This document shows positions 40,406 through 51,400 of a DNA stretch of 64,000 bases, piece by piece. The DNA is taken from NCBI GenBank assembly GCA_045569015.1, contig JBJKZX010000002.1, positions 301,962 through 365,961 on the forward strand. Direction: 5' to 3'. The DNA is from Fidelibacterota bacterium. Its GTDB lineage: Bacteria > Fidelibacterota > Marinisomatia > Marinisomatales > TCS55. The notes under the pieces were generated by a model. That model was not told the origin of the DNA, made no database searches, and was given only the letters and a program-made list of their open reading frames with translations. Position 1 is the stretch's first letter, and every line of letters begins with the position of its first letter. The position numbers and the translations under genes are program-made.

Positions 40406-41419
40406 TTAATTATTAATAACTTTAAAAATATTTCCGCTTTTTCCAACAGCAAAGCCCACCCTGCTGTTTTTTGGAAATGCTATCGCAGTTAGGTTTTTTA
40501 TCCTACGATTTTCAATCATCCAATTCTTGCCGTTATCTTTTGATATATCTATACCTGTTGGACCAACTGCAATAAAAGTATTCCCTCTGATATGCGTAAC
40601 ACATTCACGGTATTCATCTAATTTATTTTCTGGTAAATGCCAAGTTTCACCTCCATCTTCAGTATATATCATCGTGTTTGAAATATTTTGATCTGTATAA
40701 TCGCCGCCCACAGCAACGCCTACTTTTCTATTTCTAAAAGCTACTGAATAAATACCTGTACTTTGGCCTCCATGAACAAGAGGTGTCTCTACGACAGTCC
40801 AATTTATCCCGCCATTAGTGCTTTTAAATACCCTAGACTTTAATCCACCCATACCAAGCCATGCTGTTTTATTTCCCCATACCGGTAGGCCCGTTCCGCT
40901 TGCAGCAAAACCATACTCAACATCAAGTTTGTCAGGTATTCCATCGGATGATATTTCCTGCCAAGTCTCTCCGCCATCATTGGTTTTAATTAAGTAATGT
41001 TTCCCATTAATAGGGTCACTGAATGCGATACCTCTCTTTTTACTCCAAAATGACATTCCATCAAAAAAAATATCTTTATGATCATTAAAATAAACTAGAT
41101 CCCAGTTCTTACCGCCATTTTTAGTTTTATAAAATCTAGCAGGACTAGAAATCCCCATAACAATAGCTGTATTTTTATCAAAAACCTCTATATCTCTAAA
41201 ATCAACAGTGCTGCTATTAGGAACCGATATATTTTCCCATGTATTGCCGCCATCATTGGTTTTTAAAACCGTTCCCCCTGTTCCGCTTACCCAGGCTATT
41301 TTTCTACTTATTACATCTAAGCCGCGGAAAGAAACCTCAACATCGCTATTGAGTTTTTCAAATGAAAGGCTTTGCCCTAGAGCAGGCAGTACAAATAATG
41401 TGAACCAGAAAGATTTCAT
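40406..41419 (-). CDS. Secreted BNR/Asp-box repeat beta-propeller (Ycf48-like)
   Basis: 337 aa with a signal peptide and six Asp-box-like motifs (TNDGGNTW, TKNGGKNW, TNDGGETW, STNGGINW, TEDGGETW, SKDNGKNW). Confidence 0.8.
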   Translation of the reverse strand: MKSFWFTLFVLPALGQSLSFEKLNSDVEVSFRGLDVISRKIAWVSGTGGTVLKTNDGGNTWENISVPNSSTVDFRDIEVFDKNTAIVMGISSPARFYKTKNGGKNWDLVYFNDHKDIFFDGMSFWSKKRGIAFSDPINGKHYLIKTNDGGETWQEISSDGIPDKLDVEYGFAASGTGLPVWGNKTAWLGMGGLKSRVFKSTNGGINWTVVETPLVHGGQSTGIYSVAFRNRKVGVAVGGDYTDQNISNTMIYTEDGGETWHLPENKLDEYRECVTHIRGNTFIAVGPTGIDISKDNGKNWMIENRRIKNLTAIAFPKNSRVGFAVGKSGNIFKVINN

Positions 41420-41586
41420 TTATTCACTGTCTTAATTAACTTAAACAACCAATATAGATAAGGAAGAACTAGGGGTATTATCAGTAGACCTACATCTATA
41501 TAATCTAAAGAACCTAAAATTAAAGTAGTTAGAACTACCGCAGTTGTAATAACAAATAAGGTTCGATTGTATATTATTTTTTTCAT
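41416..41586 (-). CDS. Two-TM microprotein (56 aa), not in the ORF track
   Basis: My translation is MKKIIYNRTLFVITTAVVLTTLILGSLDYIDVGLLIIPLVLPYLYWLFKLIKTVNK. Its TGA overlaps the ATG of the BNR gene (ATGA). It is homologous in outline to the ORF at 39503-39700. Confidence 0.55.
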   Translation of the reverse strand: MKKIIYNRTLFVITTAVVLTTLILGSLDYIDVGLLIIPLVLPYLYWLFKLIKTVNK

Positions 41587-41614
41587 TTTATTCTCTCTGT
41601 TTTAAAAAATACGT

Positions 41615-42289
41615 TTAATTATTCTCTATGTAATCTTCAAGCTTATCCTTGACGCTATGCAATTGATCTTTCGTCTCCTGAAGTCTCGATATATAATTCC
41701 CAACACGTCCCCTAAAAGTTAAAACCTCATTTATAAAAACTTTTTCTGAAAAGAATTGCTCTAATTCTTTTTTATCATAATCAAAGCCGTTTCTAGCGTA
41801 TGCTATATTTTTACTCACGTACCTATCAAAAAATCGCAAAGACACCTGATCATAAATATCGCTATTTATTTTTAGACGTTCATAATAGTGATCATAAAGT
41901 CGTGATATTTCAGATATTAAAGTGTCATCACCGTAAAGGTTAAGTCTGCCTGTAGAATAAGAAAGCTTGTAAGATTTCGTGATTCCAAAAAATGTAGGAT
42001 ACCCCAATGAGGATAAATGTATTAGTAACGAATCCACATTTATTAAAGAGATGTCTTTAACGTTTCTCAAAATCGCATTACATGATTTTAAATCATCTTT
42101 ATTGCTTTCTATTACATTGTTTATTGTGCCTATATCTTCGTTGACATCAAGCAAGATATTTTTACAGTCTTTATTTAGAAGGTCTTTCTGCTTATTAGTG
42201 TCTTGCCACTCTTCTACATAGAATGAAAGGGCTATACCAAGGAATACAGCTATGAACTCTATCCCTCCTCTGGCTAATGTATTTTTCAT
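41615..42289 (-). CDS. ARGG-EF anchor family paralog 4
   Basis: 224 aa, MKNTLARGGIEFIAVFLGIALSFYVEEWQD. Central motif PTFFGITKSYKLSYSTGRLNLY...LYDHYYERL. Confidence 0.8.
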   Translation of the reverse strand: MKNTLARGGIEFIAVFLGIALSFYVEEWQDTNKQKDLLNKDCKNILLDVNEDIGTINNVIESNKDDLKSCNAILRNVKDISLINVDSLLIHLSSLGYPTFFGITKSYKLSYSTGRLNLYGDDTLISEISRLYDHYYERLKINSDIYDQVSLRFFDRYVSKNIAYARNGFDYDKKELEQFFSEKVFINEVLTFRGRVGNYISRLQETKDQLHSVKDKLEDYIENN

Positions 42290-42368
42290 AATCCTGCTAA
42301 ATTTTTCATAAAAAATATAAACAACATATTGGTTACTATGAACAAGGGTTTTACGTTAAATTTTATTA

Positions 42369-42722
42369 ATGGATAATCGCCTTGAACATATAAAACTACT
42401 TGAAAGATCTCTTTTAAATGATACTAGGGGTGTTTCAAAGGGAGAGGTTGAGTTAATATCGAAGGTAATAGATGTGCTCCAATTCGTTTCTAACTCAGAA
42501 TACCAACAGCTGTACAACGCCTTTAAAGAAAAAGATAAAGAAAGCTTTATGGTTGAGCTTACCGAATTCTTAATTAATGATAAGAGGTGGTCAAAAATTT
42601 CAAACAAAAGACGTAAAGAATTTGAAGAATTAAAGAAGATCTATGTTCAAAGAGAAAATAGAGACTTTAAAGTTGATGAATATATGCATTTACTTGAGTC
42701 AGCTATCATCAAACAAAATTAG
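42369..42722 (+). CDS. Hypothetical small charged helical protein
   Basis: 117 aa, K/E-rich, with plausible composition. The antisense ORF 42356-42607 is S/L-rich and looks spurious. Confidence 0.55.
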   Translation: MDNRLEHIKLLERSLLNDTRGVSKGEVELISKVIDVLQFVSNSEYQQLYNAFKEKDKESFMVELTEFLINDKRWSKISNKRRKEFEELKKIYVQRENRDFKVDEYMHLLESAIIKQN

Positions 42723-42742
42723 CTTTCAAGTCTTAACAAACA

Positions 42743-43063
42743 CTAATTAAACCAAACTCCATAACCCATCTTTCGCAAGTCATTACCTAGCATTTCTTCT
42801 ATCTCCTCTGCATCTTTTCTTGTTGGTATAGGATTGTACTTTTCGTAAAGATCCGGTCTAAGTTTAAGTCCATATTTTTTTGCATATACGTTCGCTTTAT
42901 AGCCTTCCTTGTGCTGCTCAAATCTTACGTAAGGCTTTTTAGATGACTGGCCTACATAAACGCACGGAACGCCTTTAAAATATTTCGGATTTTTATCTCG
43001 AAATTTTTTGATATCTAACACCGAAAGGTCTAATTCAATAACATATACAAAGTATTGTTTCAT
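42743..43063 (-). CDS. Stand-alone GIY-YIG-domain protein
   Basis: 106 aa with FVYVIEL (GIY-like), VYVGQS (YIG-like), RFEQHKEG (conserved Arg/His region) and a downstream acidic AEEIEE. Confidence 0.65.
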   Translation of the reverse strand: MKQYFVYVIELDLSVLDIKKFRDKNPKYFKGVPCVYVGQSSKKPYVRFEQHKEGYKANVYAKKYGLKLRPDLYEKYNPIPTRKDAEEIEEMLGNDLRKMGYGVWFN

Positions 43064-43095
43064 GTATTAAATCCAGCGATAAGTTTTTGATTAGC

Positions 43096-43770
43096 TTAAA
43101 CGCTCGGCCATTCAGGAGGATTATCAAATGGTTCAGATCCAGATGAAGTATCTCCATCAATTATTCCGTACGCAATGATTAATCCTAATATTACCAATAA
43201 TGCTCTCAGTCTATTCGACTGAAGCGATTGATTCTTTGCTATGCTTTTAAATTTTCCCTTAGGTGGTTTTACTTCGAGTGCTTTCCAGGTATGCATTCGC
43301 ATTGAAAGTATCATCTCATCAACATCCACTGTTTTTAAATTCATTCTTACAGACTTGACTTTATTTTTATTGAGTTCTCCTGATTCAGGAAAAGAATAGC
43401 GTATAAAATTTCCCGTATACTTATTACCAGATTTTTTTAAAGACCAAAACATAAAATTTTCAACTTTTAGAGTTTCGGATAGCTGTTTTAAGCATTTTTC
43501 TTCAAGGCATTCCTTGTATTCAAATTTTTCAAGTTGCTTATTTGAAACGGATTTAAAGATTAGCGTCTGGTTTATCTCATCTTTAATATATTGGCCGATA
43601 ACTTCCGACTCCATTTTGCTAAGACCAATAATACCCTGATTTATCACAACAATATCAATCGGTGATATTTCCATAAAAGTGGAGTCACGATCTATATTTT
43701 CTTGAGCCAATCCAATAGTGCTTAAAGCTAAAAAAAGTGTGTTTATAGCTATAGTTTGCAGATACTTCAT
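43096..43770 (-). CDS. Exported protein with C-terminal TM anchor, unknown function
   Basis: 224 aa with a signal peptide, a CLEEKC pair and a C-terminal hydrophobic helix (ALLVILGLIIAYGII). It starts 2 nt after the 1534-aa gene. Confidence 0.6.
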   Translation of the reverse strand: MKYLQTIAINTLFLALSTIGLAQENIDRDSTFMEISPIDIVVINQGIIGLSKMESEVIGQYIKDEINQTLIFKSVSNKQLEKFEYKECLEEKCLKQLSETLKVENFMFWSLKKSGNKYTGNFIRYSFPESGELNKNKVKSVRMNLKTVDVDEMILSMRMHTWKALEVKPPKGKFKSIAKNQSLQSNRLRALLVILGLIIAYGIIDGDTSSGSEPFDNPPEWPSV

Positions 43771-43772
43771 CG

Positions 43773-46700
43773 CTACTTCAATAAAATCATTTTATTAGTT
43801 TTAACATGCATATCCGTACTTAACCGGTAAAAATAAACACCCGCTGAAACCTTGTGACCGTTAGCGTCTCTACCGTTCCAAATAACTGAATATGTGCCTG
43901 GAATATGAAAGCTATTCGTAAGCGTTCTAATATTTCTCCCTAAAACATCATAAATATGTATTTGAGCCAACCCTTGAATAGGGATATCGTATACTATGGT
44001 AGTTGCCGGGTTAAAGGGATTTGGATAGTTTTGATGTAAACTAAATTCAGTAGGTATATTAAGATCATAGCTTAATATTTTTTCTGAAATGAATTTTTCG
44101 ATACCCGCAATAACAACAAAAGATATGCTTTTGGATTGACCGGTATTGACAACAAATGATTTATCGAGAGAATACACTTTATTTTCATTTTGATTGATAA
44201 TCACAGCTTTCCATCCATTTGGAAAAGGCTTAATTGTACTCGGTTTAACTGTAATCTTTTGTGACTTATCAGCGATAGAAAGTTTAGCCACCCACTCTTG
44301 ACCTTCACCCGAAATTTTAAAATGCCTAGATACGAGTTTTTTGTCAGTATCAATAAATGAAAATTGGGTTCTAGGTACAATATTTGGTGGCTCAGGCTGT
44401 GACATTCTCGCTTTGAAGCTTGGCGATTCGACTATGCCAAAAATGTTATTTTCTTCAACTATTTCATCAGAGAGGATTTGTAGATCAATGGAACCTATAT
44501 TTTCCGGCAAAAAAGCGTTTCGCTTAGAAAGATTGAGAGTTTTAACATCTCTATTATAGTTTTTAACTTTATACTGAATTATTTCTTTGGTAGAATTATA
44601 AACAGCATAAGATTTGAATGGAGATAGGCGAATTGGATAGTCAGACGCCCACCCTTTCTCTTCATTTAAAAACTCATACGGTCCAATTAAACTGTCCTGG
44701 TCAAAAATAATTTTTAGCGGAAAATTGTATGGCGTACCAATCATATTCCAACCTGGTCTTAATAAAAATTCAAATTTATTTAAGTCTACACTCTTCCCTG
44801 AACTTAAATCGAGAGATGTAGGTAATTTTTTTCTATGATTGAACCAATATCCAGAACCAGGCTTTATATCGACCGCATCAATCCACTCAACGCCGCTCCA
44901 TGTATACAGCTTCCAAAGTTTATCGTAATCCTCAATAATAAAATCTGAAAGAGTTAAAATAGAGTCAGTTGAATTAAGGGTTAATTCTCCAGGAAAAGAT
45001 ATCATTCTCCAGCTATCTTCTATAACTCCATCTGGATAACCTGAAAAGATATTAGCAGATGTTACAGACCCTTCCTCAAAAGCAATGGACACTTGCTTTT
45101 CTCCTAACGGATGAAGTGTATTCATTTGATCGGTGAGAAAAATTTGATAGCTAATACCTTTATTGGTCACTTCATTTTGAGGAATAACTACTGAATAATC
45201 GGTTAAATTACCTTCACTGGTCATTGGAACAATCTTTAAGCTATCATCTCCACCAATCGCATAATGCAGTTCTGCTTTTTTAGGATTTACGTAAGGACTT
45301 GCTTTAAGGTCAATTGAAATTTGCTTATTTTCATTTAACGAGGCGGAATCTGAAAGCGCAATATTGACATGATAAGAAATCGACTGCGTGTTTATCAAAA
45401 CATAATCCGGAGGTACATCACGACCCCCATCAGAAACGTTCAACGAAAAAATAAATTCCGCTGAGTCTAAAATAACCGGGGCAAAAAATGATGGCCTTGA
45501 AGAAAACGGGTTGAAGAGCTTTATTGCTTCTGGCGCAACCCATCTAAAAGACAACGAGTCACCATCGGTATCGTATGATTTTGTTCCATCTAACTGAACC
45601 AGGGATCCAGAAATAACCACGCGATCGATCCCTGCATCAACTACAGGACTAATATTGTTAGAAATAAATATTTGCAGGGTGTCTTTTCGAGAATTAAAGG
45701 TTCCATCGTTAACAACTAAAAAGACTATTAAAGTAGAATCGCTTATTATTTCGGGAGCGACAAAATAAGGTGATGGACTGGTATTTGAATTTGCTCTGAC
45801 ATTTTCAGGAAACTCCCATACATATGTCAACAAAGAACCATCAGGGTCCGTGCTTTTATTCCCATTCAAATATACTTTTTGACCTTCTTTAACTGATATG
45901 TCATTGCCAGCATTTGCAATAGGGATTTGATTGTTTGTAACCGATACGTTTATAGTGTCTTTAGAGAACTTTTGGCCATCACCAACGGTTAATTCAAGGA
46001 TAAATACTTCACCGTCACCAACAACATAGGGAGTCTGTATACTTACTTTAGATTTAGTGGGGCTTGATACAATTTGAAAGGAATCATCAAGATTTGTATT
46101 TTTTGATAACCTACCAATTGTGCCCGACAAAACCTTCCATTCAAATGATAAATTTGGGTTATCTAAATCAAAGGATTCGGACGCATCGAGGGTTATTATA
46201 CTGCCCTCAACAGCATTAGTATCATTTCCTGCATGTGCATGAGGAGGATAATTTTCAACTATCGAAACATTGATAAAATCTTCAATTGATGATTTTTCAA
46301 GCCCAAACACTGTAAGAGAAAATTCTAAAGTTGAATCCTGTCCATAATCAGGAGCAATAAATAATAACGTGTCATCAAAAAAACTATTCGGTGAAATCTC
46401 AGTTACAGTGCTCCATTCATGAGAAAGAAAAGAAGCAGAATTATCCGGGTCATAAGATTTGCTTCCATCCAGTATTACAGTATTACCTGGCTTGACGATT
46501 TGGTCGGTACCTGCTTTTGCAATAGGAGGTAAATCAGCTAAAACAAAAATTTGAACCGTATCAGGGTTCGATTCATATAAATAATCCTTTACTTTAAGTA
46601 TAGCTGTATAAGTACTATCATAAGGGATGTTAGGAGAAACAAATTTAGGATTAGCTGCGGTAGAATCATCAAGCCTTATCTCGGGTGGAGTCGACCACAT

Positions 46701-48377
46701 ATATTGCAAAGAATCCTTTTCAAGGTCAAAGGATTTATCGCCAAATAAAAAGGTCTCTGTATTTTTTTTAATATAAAGATCGCTCCCAGCGCTTGCAATA
46801 GGAGGTACGTTTTTTAGAACAGTGATATTTACGTTGTCCCTGTCTTTCTCAACACCATCAGAAACAATTAGTTCATAAGAATAATCCTCTTTTAAAGAGT
46901 TTATAACAGGTAATTCAAAGTACGGGTTTTTACCCTCAAGATTAGGGAGTGAGCTACCAACAGACTTCCAAGTATAACTTAACTCTCTTCCGTCTGGGTC
47001 TACAGAGTAATAAGCATCTAATTCTACTCTTTTTCCTTCTCGAGATGTGAATCCTCTACCTGCGCTTGCAATCGGCGGGTTATTATTTCTAGCTAATATT
47101 TTTATGGTATCAATATTCCCCAGCTTTCCATCCCAAGCTCCAAAAAGAATCTGAAAATTGATATCCGCATCAAGAGGAGGAATTACAAAAAAAGTTGAAT
47201 TTTTAGTTGTATCATCCAGAGTAATAAAATTTGGGTATTTCCAGGCATACTGAAGCACATCTCCATCTTTATCCATTGTTTTAGTTCCATCTAAAAAAAC
47301 TGTATCACCCTCAATAACTTCCTTAGGATATGTCATGCTTACCTGCGGAGCTGTGTTATCGGACACCATCACTAAAACACTGTCAGCATTAGACATAAGC
47401 TCATAGTCACTAACATTTAGTATTATTGCTATCACCTCATCTTTTGAGTTAGCTGGCGCCGTGAATGTTGGTCTTTCTATAGTTTCCGATGAAAGGGCAA
47501 TTTGTTGAGAAACAGACCATTTAAATGATAGCGAGTCATTTTCTGGATCATACGATTCCGATCCATCTAGAACAATCGTTGAATTTGGAAATATATATTT
47601 AACTTTTGAATCTGTAAAGCCAAACGATGTTACGGCCTTAGTTGATTGAGATAAATCTGCTTTGGCGATAGCAAAAGGCTTGAGATTATTCTTAACAGTA
47701 ATACTCAATGTATCAAAAGCAGATTTCAAGCTCGGAGCTGTAACCTTTAAAAACACAGAAAGTACCGTATCTCTTTCAATCTTAGGTGCAATAAACACTG
47801 TTTTTGACTGCAGAGGAGTTTCGATGCTAATCAAGGGATCAAATATCCATTCATAACTAAGACTATCCCCAAGCGAAGACCACGATAAGCTGCCATCAAA
47901 GAGCCCGCTTTTTTCTTCTCGAATAACTTGATCCTCACCAGCAATAGCTACTGGAGGCATATTCAAATTTTCTGCTTCAAAAATAAATGGATTTTGAGGA
48001 TCGCCAAAAGAAAGGCTAGGTACAAAGAATATAGTTTGACTCACATCCAATATCGTATCGTTTATCGCTTCATATGCTTTAAAGGTTATATCTCCATCTC
48101 CATTGTTACCATAAACTTGAAGGAAATGATAGGTTCGGTCATTAATTATTTCTGTTTTAGAAATTCCTCTCACTTCGCCATTGTGAAATGCAGCTACTAC
48201 ATTAGACTGATTTTTTACTTCAGTAATATTGACCTTCAATACTGCAGTGAATGTCATAAAATGTTCGTAGTTAGATGCATTTACAGACCAATCAGCTGGA
48301 GCCTGTCCTTTGACCAGTGAAAGTCCAAAGAAAAGATATATAAAAAGTGTCTGCTTCATAGTGTTGAGATTTTTCAT
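43773..48377 (-). CDS. Giant T9SS cargo: nine PKD-like repeats plus C-terminal sorting domain
   Basis: 1534 aa with a signal peptide and nine units of PPIAxAGxDxxVxxGxxVxLDGSxSxDPDGDxLxYxW. The C-terminus QNYPNPFNPATTIVYDI...GVYFYRLSTDMHVKTNKMILLK is a T9SS CTD. Confidence 0.88.
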   Translation of the reverse strand: MKNLNTMKQTLFIYLFFGLSLVKGQAPADWSVNASNYEHFMTFTAVLKVNITEVKNQSNVVAAFHNGEVRGISKTEIINDRTYHFLQVYGNNGDGDITFKAYEAINDTILDVSQTIFFVPSLSFGDPQNPFIFEAENLNMPPVAIAGEDQVIREEKSGLFDGSLSWSSLGDSLSYEWIFDPLISIETPLQSKTVFIAPKIERDTVLSVFLKVTAPSLKSAFDTLSITVKNNLKPFAIAKADLSQSTKAVTSFGFTDSKVKYIFPNSTIVLDGSESYDPENDSLSFKWSVSQQIALSSETIERPTFTAPANSKDEVIAIILNVSDYELMSNADSVLVMVSDNTAPQVSMTYPKEVIEGDTVFLDGTKTMDKDGDVLQYAWKYPNFITLDDTTKNSTFFVIPPLDADINFQILFGAWDGKLGNIDTIKILARNNNPPIASAGRGFTSREGKRVELDAYYSVDPDGRELSYTWKSVGSSLPNLEGKNPYFELPVINSLKEDYSYELIVSDGVEKDRDNVNITVLKNVPPIASAGSDLYIKKNTETFLFGDKSFDLEKDSLQYMWSTPPEIRLDDSTAANPKFVSPNIPYDSTYTAILKVKDYLYESNPDTVQIFVLADLPPIAKAGTDQIVKPGNTVILDGSKSYDPDNSASFLSHEWSTVTEISPNSFFDDTLLFIAPDYGQDSTLEFSLTVFGLEKSSIEDFINVSIVENYPPHAHAGNDTNAVEGSIITLDASESFDLDNPNLSFEWKVLSGTIGRLSKNTNLDDSFQIVSSPTKSKVSIQTPYVVGDGEVFILELTVGDGQKFSKDTINVSVTNNQIPIANAGNDISVKEGQKVYLNGNKSTDPDGSLLTYVWEFPENVRANSNTSPSPYFVAPEIISDSTLIVFLVVNDGTFNSRKDTLQIFISNNISPVVDAGIDRVVISGSLVQLDGTKSYDTDGDSLSFRWVAPEAIKLFNPFSSRPSFFAPVILDSAEFIFSLNVSDGGRDVPPDYVLINTQSISYHVNIALSDSASLNENKQISIDLKASPYVNPKKAELHYAIGGDDSLKIVPMTSEGNLTDYSVVIPQNEVTNKGISYQIFLTDQMNTLHPLGEKQVSIAFEEGSVTSANIFSGYPDGVIEDSWRMISFPGELTLNSTDSILTLSDFIIEDYDKLWKLYTWSGVEWIDAVDIKPGSGYWFNHRKKLPTSLDLSSGKSVDLNKFEFLLRPGWNMIGTPYNFPLKIIFDQDSLIGPYEFLNEEKGWASDYPIRLSPFKSYAVYNSTKEIIQYKVKNYNRDVKTLNLSKRNAFLPENIGSIDLQILSDEIVEENNIFGIVESPSFKARMSQPEPPNIVPRTQFSFIDTDKKLVSRHFKISGEGQEWVAKLSIADKSQKITVKPSTIKPFPNGWKAVIINQNENKVYSLDKSFVVNTGQSKSISFVVIAGIEKFISEKILSYDLNIPTEFSLHQNYPNPFNPATTIVYDIPIQGLAQIHIYDVLGRNIRTLTNSFHIPGTYSVIWNGRDANGHKVSAGVYFYRLSTDMHVKTNKMILLK
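45387..47957 (-). repeat. Array of 9 diverged tandem PKD-like coding repeats (about 92-107 aa each)
   Basis: Repeat units start near residues 141, 233, 343, 434, 525, 617, 711, 818 and 910 of the 1534-aa protein. They are diverged at the nucleotide level. Confidence 0.8.
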
Positions 48378-48417
48378 GAAAGATAAATCAGCAAGAATTG
48401 ACCGACAAACTATAATG

Positions 48418-51400
48418 CTATTTCAGAAGAATCATTTTTTTAGTTTGCATGAAAGATCCTGATCTCATTAGCACAAAATATACACCTGAGGGAACCCTAT
48501 CTCCATTTACCGCTCTGGCGTTCCACATAATTGTTTGATATCCAGCACGCATGAACTGGTCATTAATGAGTGTGTGAATCTCTTCTCCTAAAATATTATA
48601 AATTGAGAGAGATATGTGAGAATCTTCAGGAACGCCAAACCCAATACTTGTCGTAGGGTTGAATGGATTTGGATAATTTTGATCGAGTACATACTTATCT
48701 GGAACAAATCCCCTATCCCCTTTTGTAAGCGGTTTCAATGAAAGTACCCATGGGTCAATAGCGCCACCAATCATATCATTGTTTGTAAAAGAAAGGTTCT
48801 CTTTCGATGAATAAATAATATCTTTATCAGCATCCCAGAATTTTAATTCGATCAATTCTCCAGTAGGTGAATTACTAAAAATGGTCATAAACAGTCTATA
48901 GGAATCTAAACCTTCTATAAACTCAGGACGGGTAAACCCTCGTATCTCGCCATTACTTATCGCTACTACTACATCTTCAGGAGAGTTCATTTGTTCTGCA
49001 ATATTGTTATCAATAACCGCAGTTACATTCATTGAATTCTTATAATTCCTCCACAAAACCGTATCCCAAGGCGCTTCAGGAAAAATTATTTCCTTGTCAA
49101 GGGTTTTTGCTGACTGACCGCTCATGATATAGGGATAGGTAAGCGTGTCTGCGTTAGCCATTTGAATTTTATACCCTTCACTCGGTTTTAGGCGCTTTAG
49201 GTTACCGACCCATCCAACATCGGAAACGTATTGAGCAAATTGTGTTTGGCTTTTGATTAAGTCATTTTGATCCGGTGAAAGTGTTTTTAGGGCATTTCCA
49301 AGATCTGAATTAAAGCTCGGCAAATACGATAACCAATTCCACCCTTGTTCGAGCTGTATTGGGATTGTATCCGCACCAACGCGAACTCCAATAAAATCAG
49401 TAGAATCTTTAGAAGACAGATTAACCATAAACATTTCGCGTTTGTTTAGAGGCTCATCAGCCAATGTACCTATCCAACCGGTAGCATCAGAATACTGTGC
49501 AAAACCATCTTGGCCAATAATTCGATCACCAAAAGAAGGGTCTAAATCTGAAAATATATCATCGATAAGCATTTCATTGGATTCCAAGTTAAAGGACATC
49601 CAGTCCCAACCAATAGGAAACATAAACTCTTGCGCAACTTCACCTGTTGCATTAATCGCCAAGGGTTCGTTAGGAGCTCCGGAAGAGCCATCAGCATTAA
49701 ATGCAATCGTTTGATCTGTTTTCCACCATTCCACACAATTAGACCTATCCCAAATATGAAATTCTACTAACTCGCCACTACTTGCATTGGAGTACACAGT
49801 AAGATAGGCGCGGTATTCTTTTAAATCTGTATCATAAACAAGGTCAGCATAGCCCCTGTACTCGCCATCAACAACGGCTGCAACGCGATCGTATTTATCT
49901 TCAGAAATTGTCCCTAATACGCCAATTTTACCAACCACGTTCATTGTATATTGATATGATGCAGGGTCGATATCCCAATTCGGATATTCGCACATCGATG
50001 CAACTTTGAATGCCAGCGGCTCATTTCCTTCTGGAGTTTCTGCGAAAACGGTGTCAACAAAATCGCCAACATTAATATCGGGAGAAATTCTAAAATCAAT
50101 TTCCCAATTTCCGCCTGGATTCAATGTTCCTTCTGGGGTAGCTACTGTTAACCAATTCGGTAGACCTGTAACAGAAAATTCTTTCGCATTGGAGCCAATA
50201 TTATTCAGTTCTACGGTTTGTATTGTTGGTTCACCAATAATGGCAACCGTTGAAATCTCAGGCGTTGACCAACTAATAGGGTTTCTATCTACGGTAAATG
50301 AATGTGTTACCGTATCTCCCACATTCCCATAAATATCAGTATATCCAAAAAACCTGATGTCAATATTATGATTTTCTATTTCACGATTTGCAAGCGTAAA
50401 GTCTGCTGTTACTCTGTTTTCATTTGCGCTAAACTCAAATGCGGTAATTTCTCCAACACCGTAGGGATCATTAATCTCAAAATTAATTTGTGATATAGAT
50501 GCTGCACTTAAATCTTCGTTAAAATTAAAAGCTATTTCGTCGTTCTGATTTAACACTTTATCGATAGGCTCGGCATTTCCTAACAGCACAGGTATCTCCC
50601 TATCAATTATACCTCTTTTTGGTTGCATTAGGTTAACTAGAGCACCGTTTAAACATACTGTTTTAAATCTAAGATCGTAGGTACCGTCTTTAAGTGTAGA
50701 AAGGTCCCAATAAGTTGTTTCATATTGACGGTTATCCGTTCTTAGAGAATCTGTAACTATCATCGCCTCAGGGATAGAATACCATTTGGACTCCTCAAGT
50801 GGGCTGAACTGAAGCTCTATTTGCTCAAAATAAGATTGGGTTAAATCGTACCCGGTAAACGTAACAGCCAAGGTATCGTTAAATGTTGAATTAACGACCC
50901 AGTCATCCGCGATATTATAAAAGTCAACTTTGGAGCACGGTCTAGCGAAATTCGCTGTAAAGGATGCTTGATATCCTTGGGTTACACCAGCATAATTAGT
51001 CTCACATTCGGGTGCAAACTTTAACCTTAAATCTTTAAACTCGTAAAAATCGGTATCCTGCGGTCTACGAACTGTTACGGTTGCAGTATCGGTTTCTAAA
51101 TAATCTAATGTAAATGGAATAATACCGATTGCTCCATTAATTAAAATCTCAGCTCCTCTTGGATTAGATGCTAAAACTGAAGATAAGCTGTAAGTCCTTG
51201 TAGTTTGGCTTTTCGATTCATTGCGAAGCAACACTCTGTATTCTGCGGTTCCGTCAGGTAGTACGTTGGTTGCAGTACTCGCTGATTGAAATTGCATGAA
51301 TGGTTCATCCTGAGGGTTTGTGACAACTACACCATCAGCATTGGTCCATTCTTCATAAGGACACGAAGAGTTACCTGCAACAACCTCAAAAACAGGAGTT

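Noticed and set aside
42356-42607. 83-aa minus-strand ORF overlapping the 117-aa plus-strand ORF.
   Set aside because: Its Ser/Leu-rich low-complexity composition is typical of an antisense frame. The plus-strand ORF is longer and has protein-like composition.
45387-47957. Periodic repeat structure that could be mistaken for a CRISPR or noncoding tandem array.
   Set aside because: The period is about 280-320 nt, the repeats lie in frame inside a 1534-aa ORF, and they encode PKD-like domains. There is no short repeat/spacer organisation anywhere in the window.
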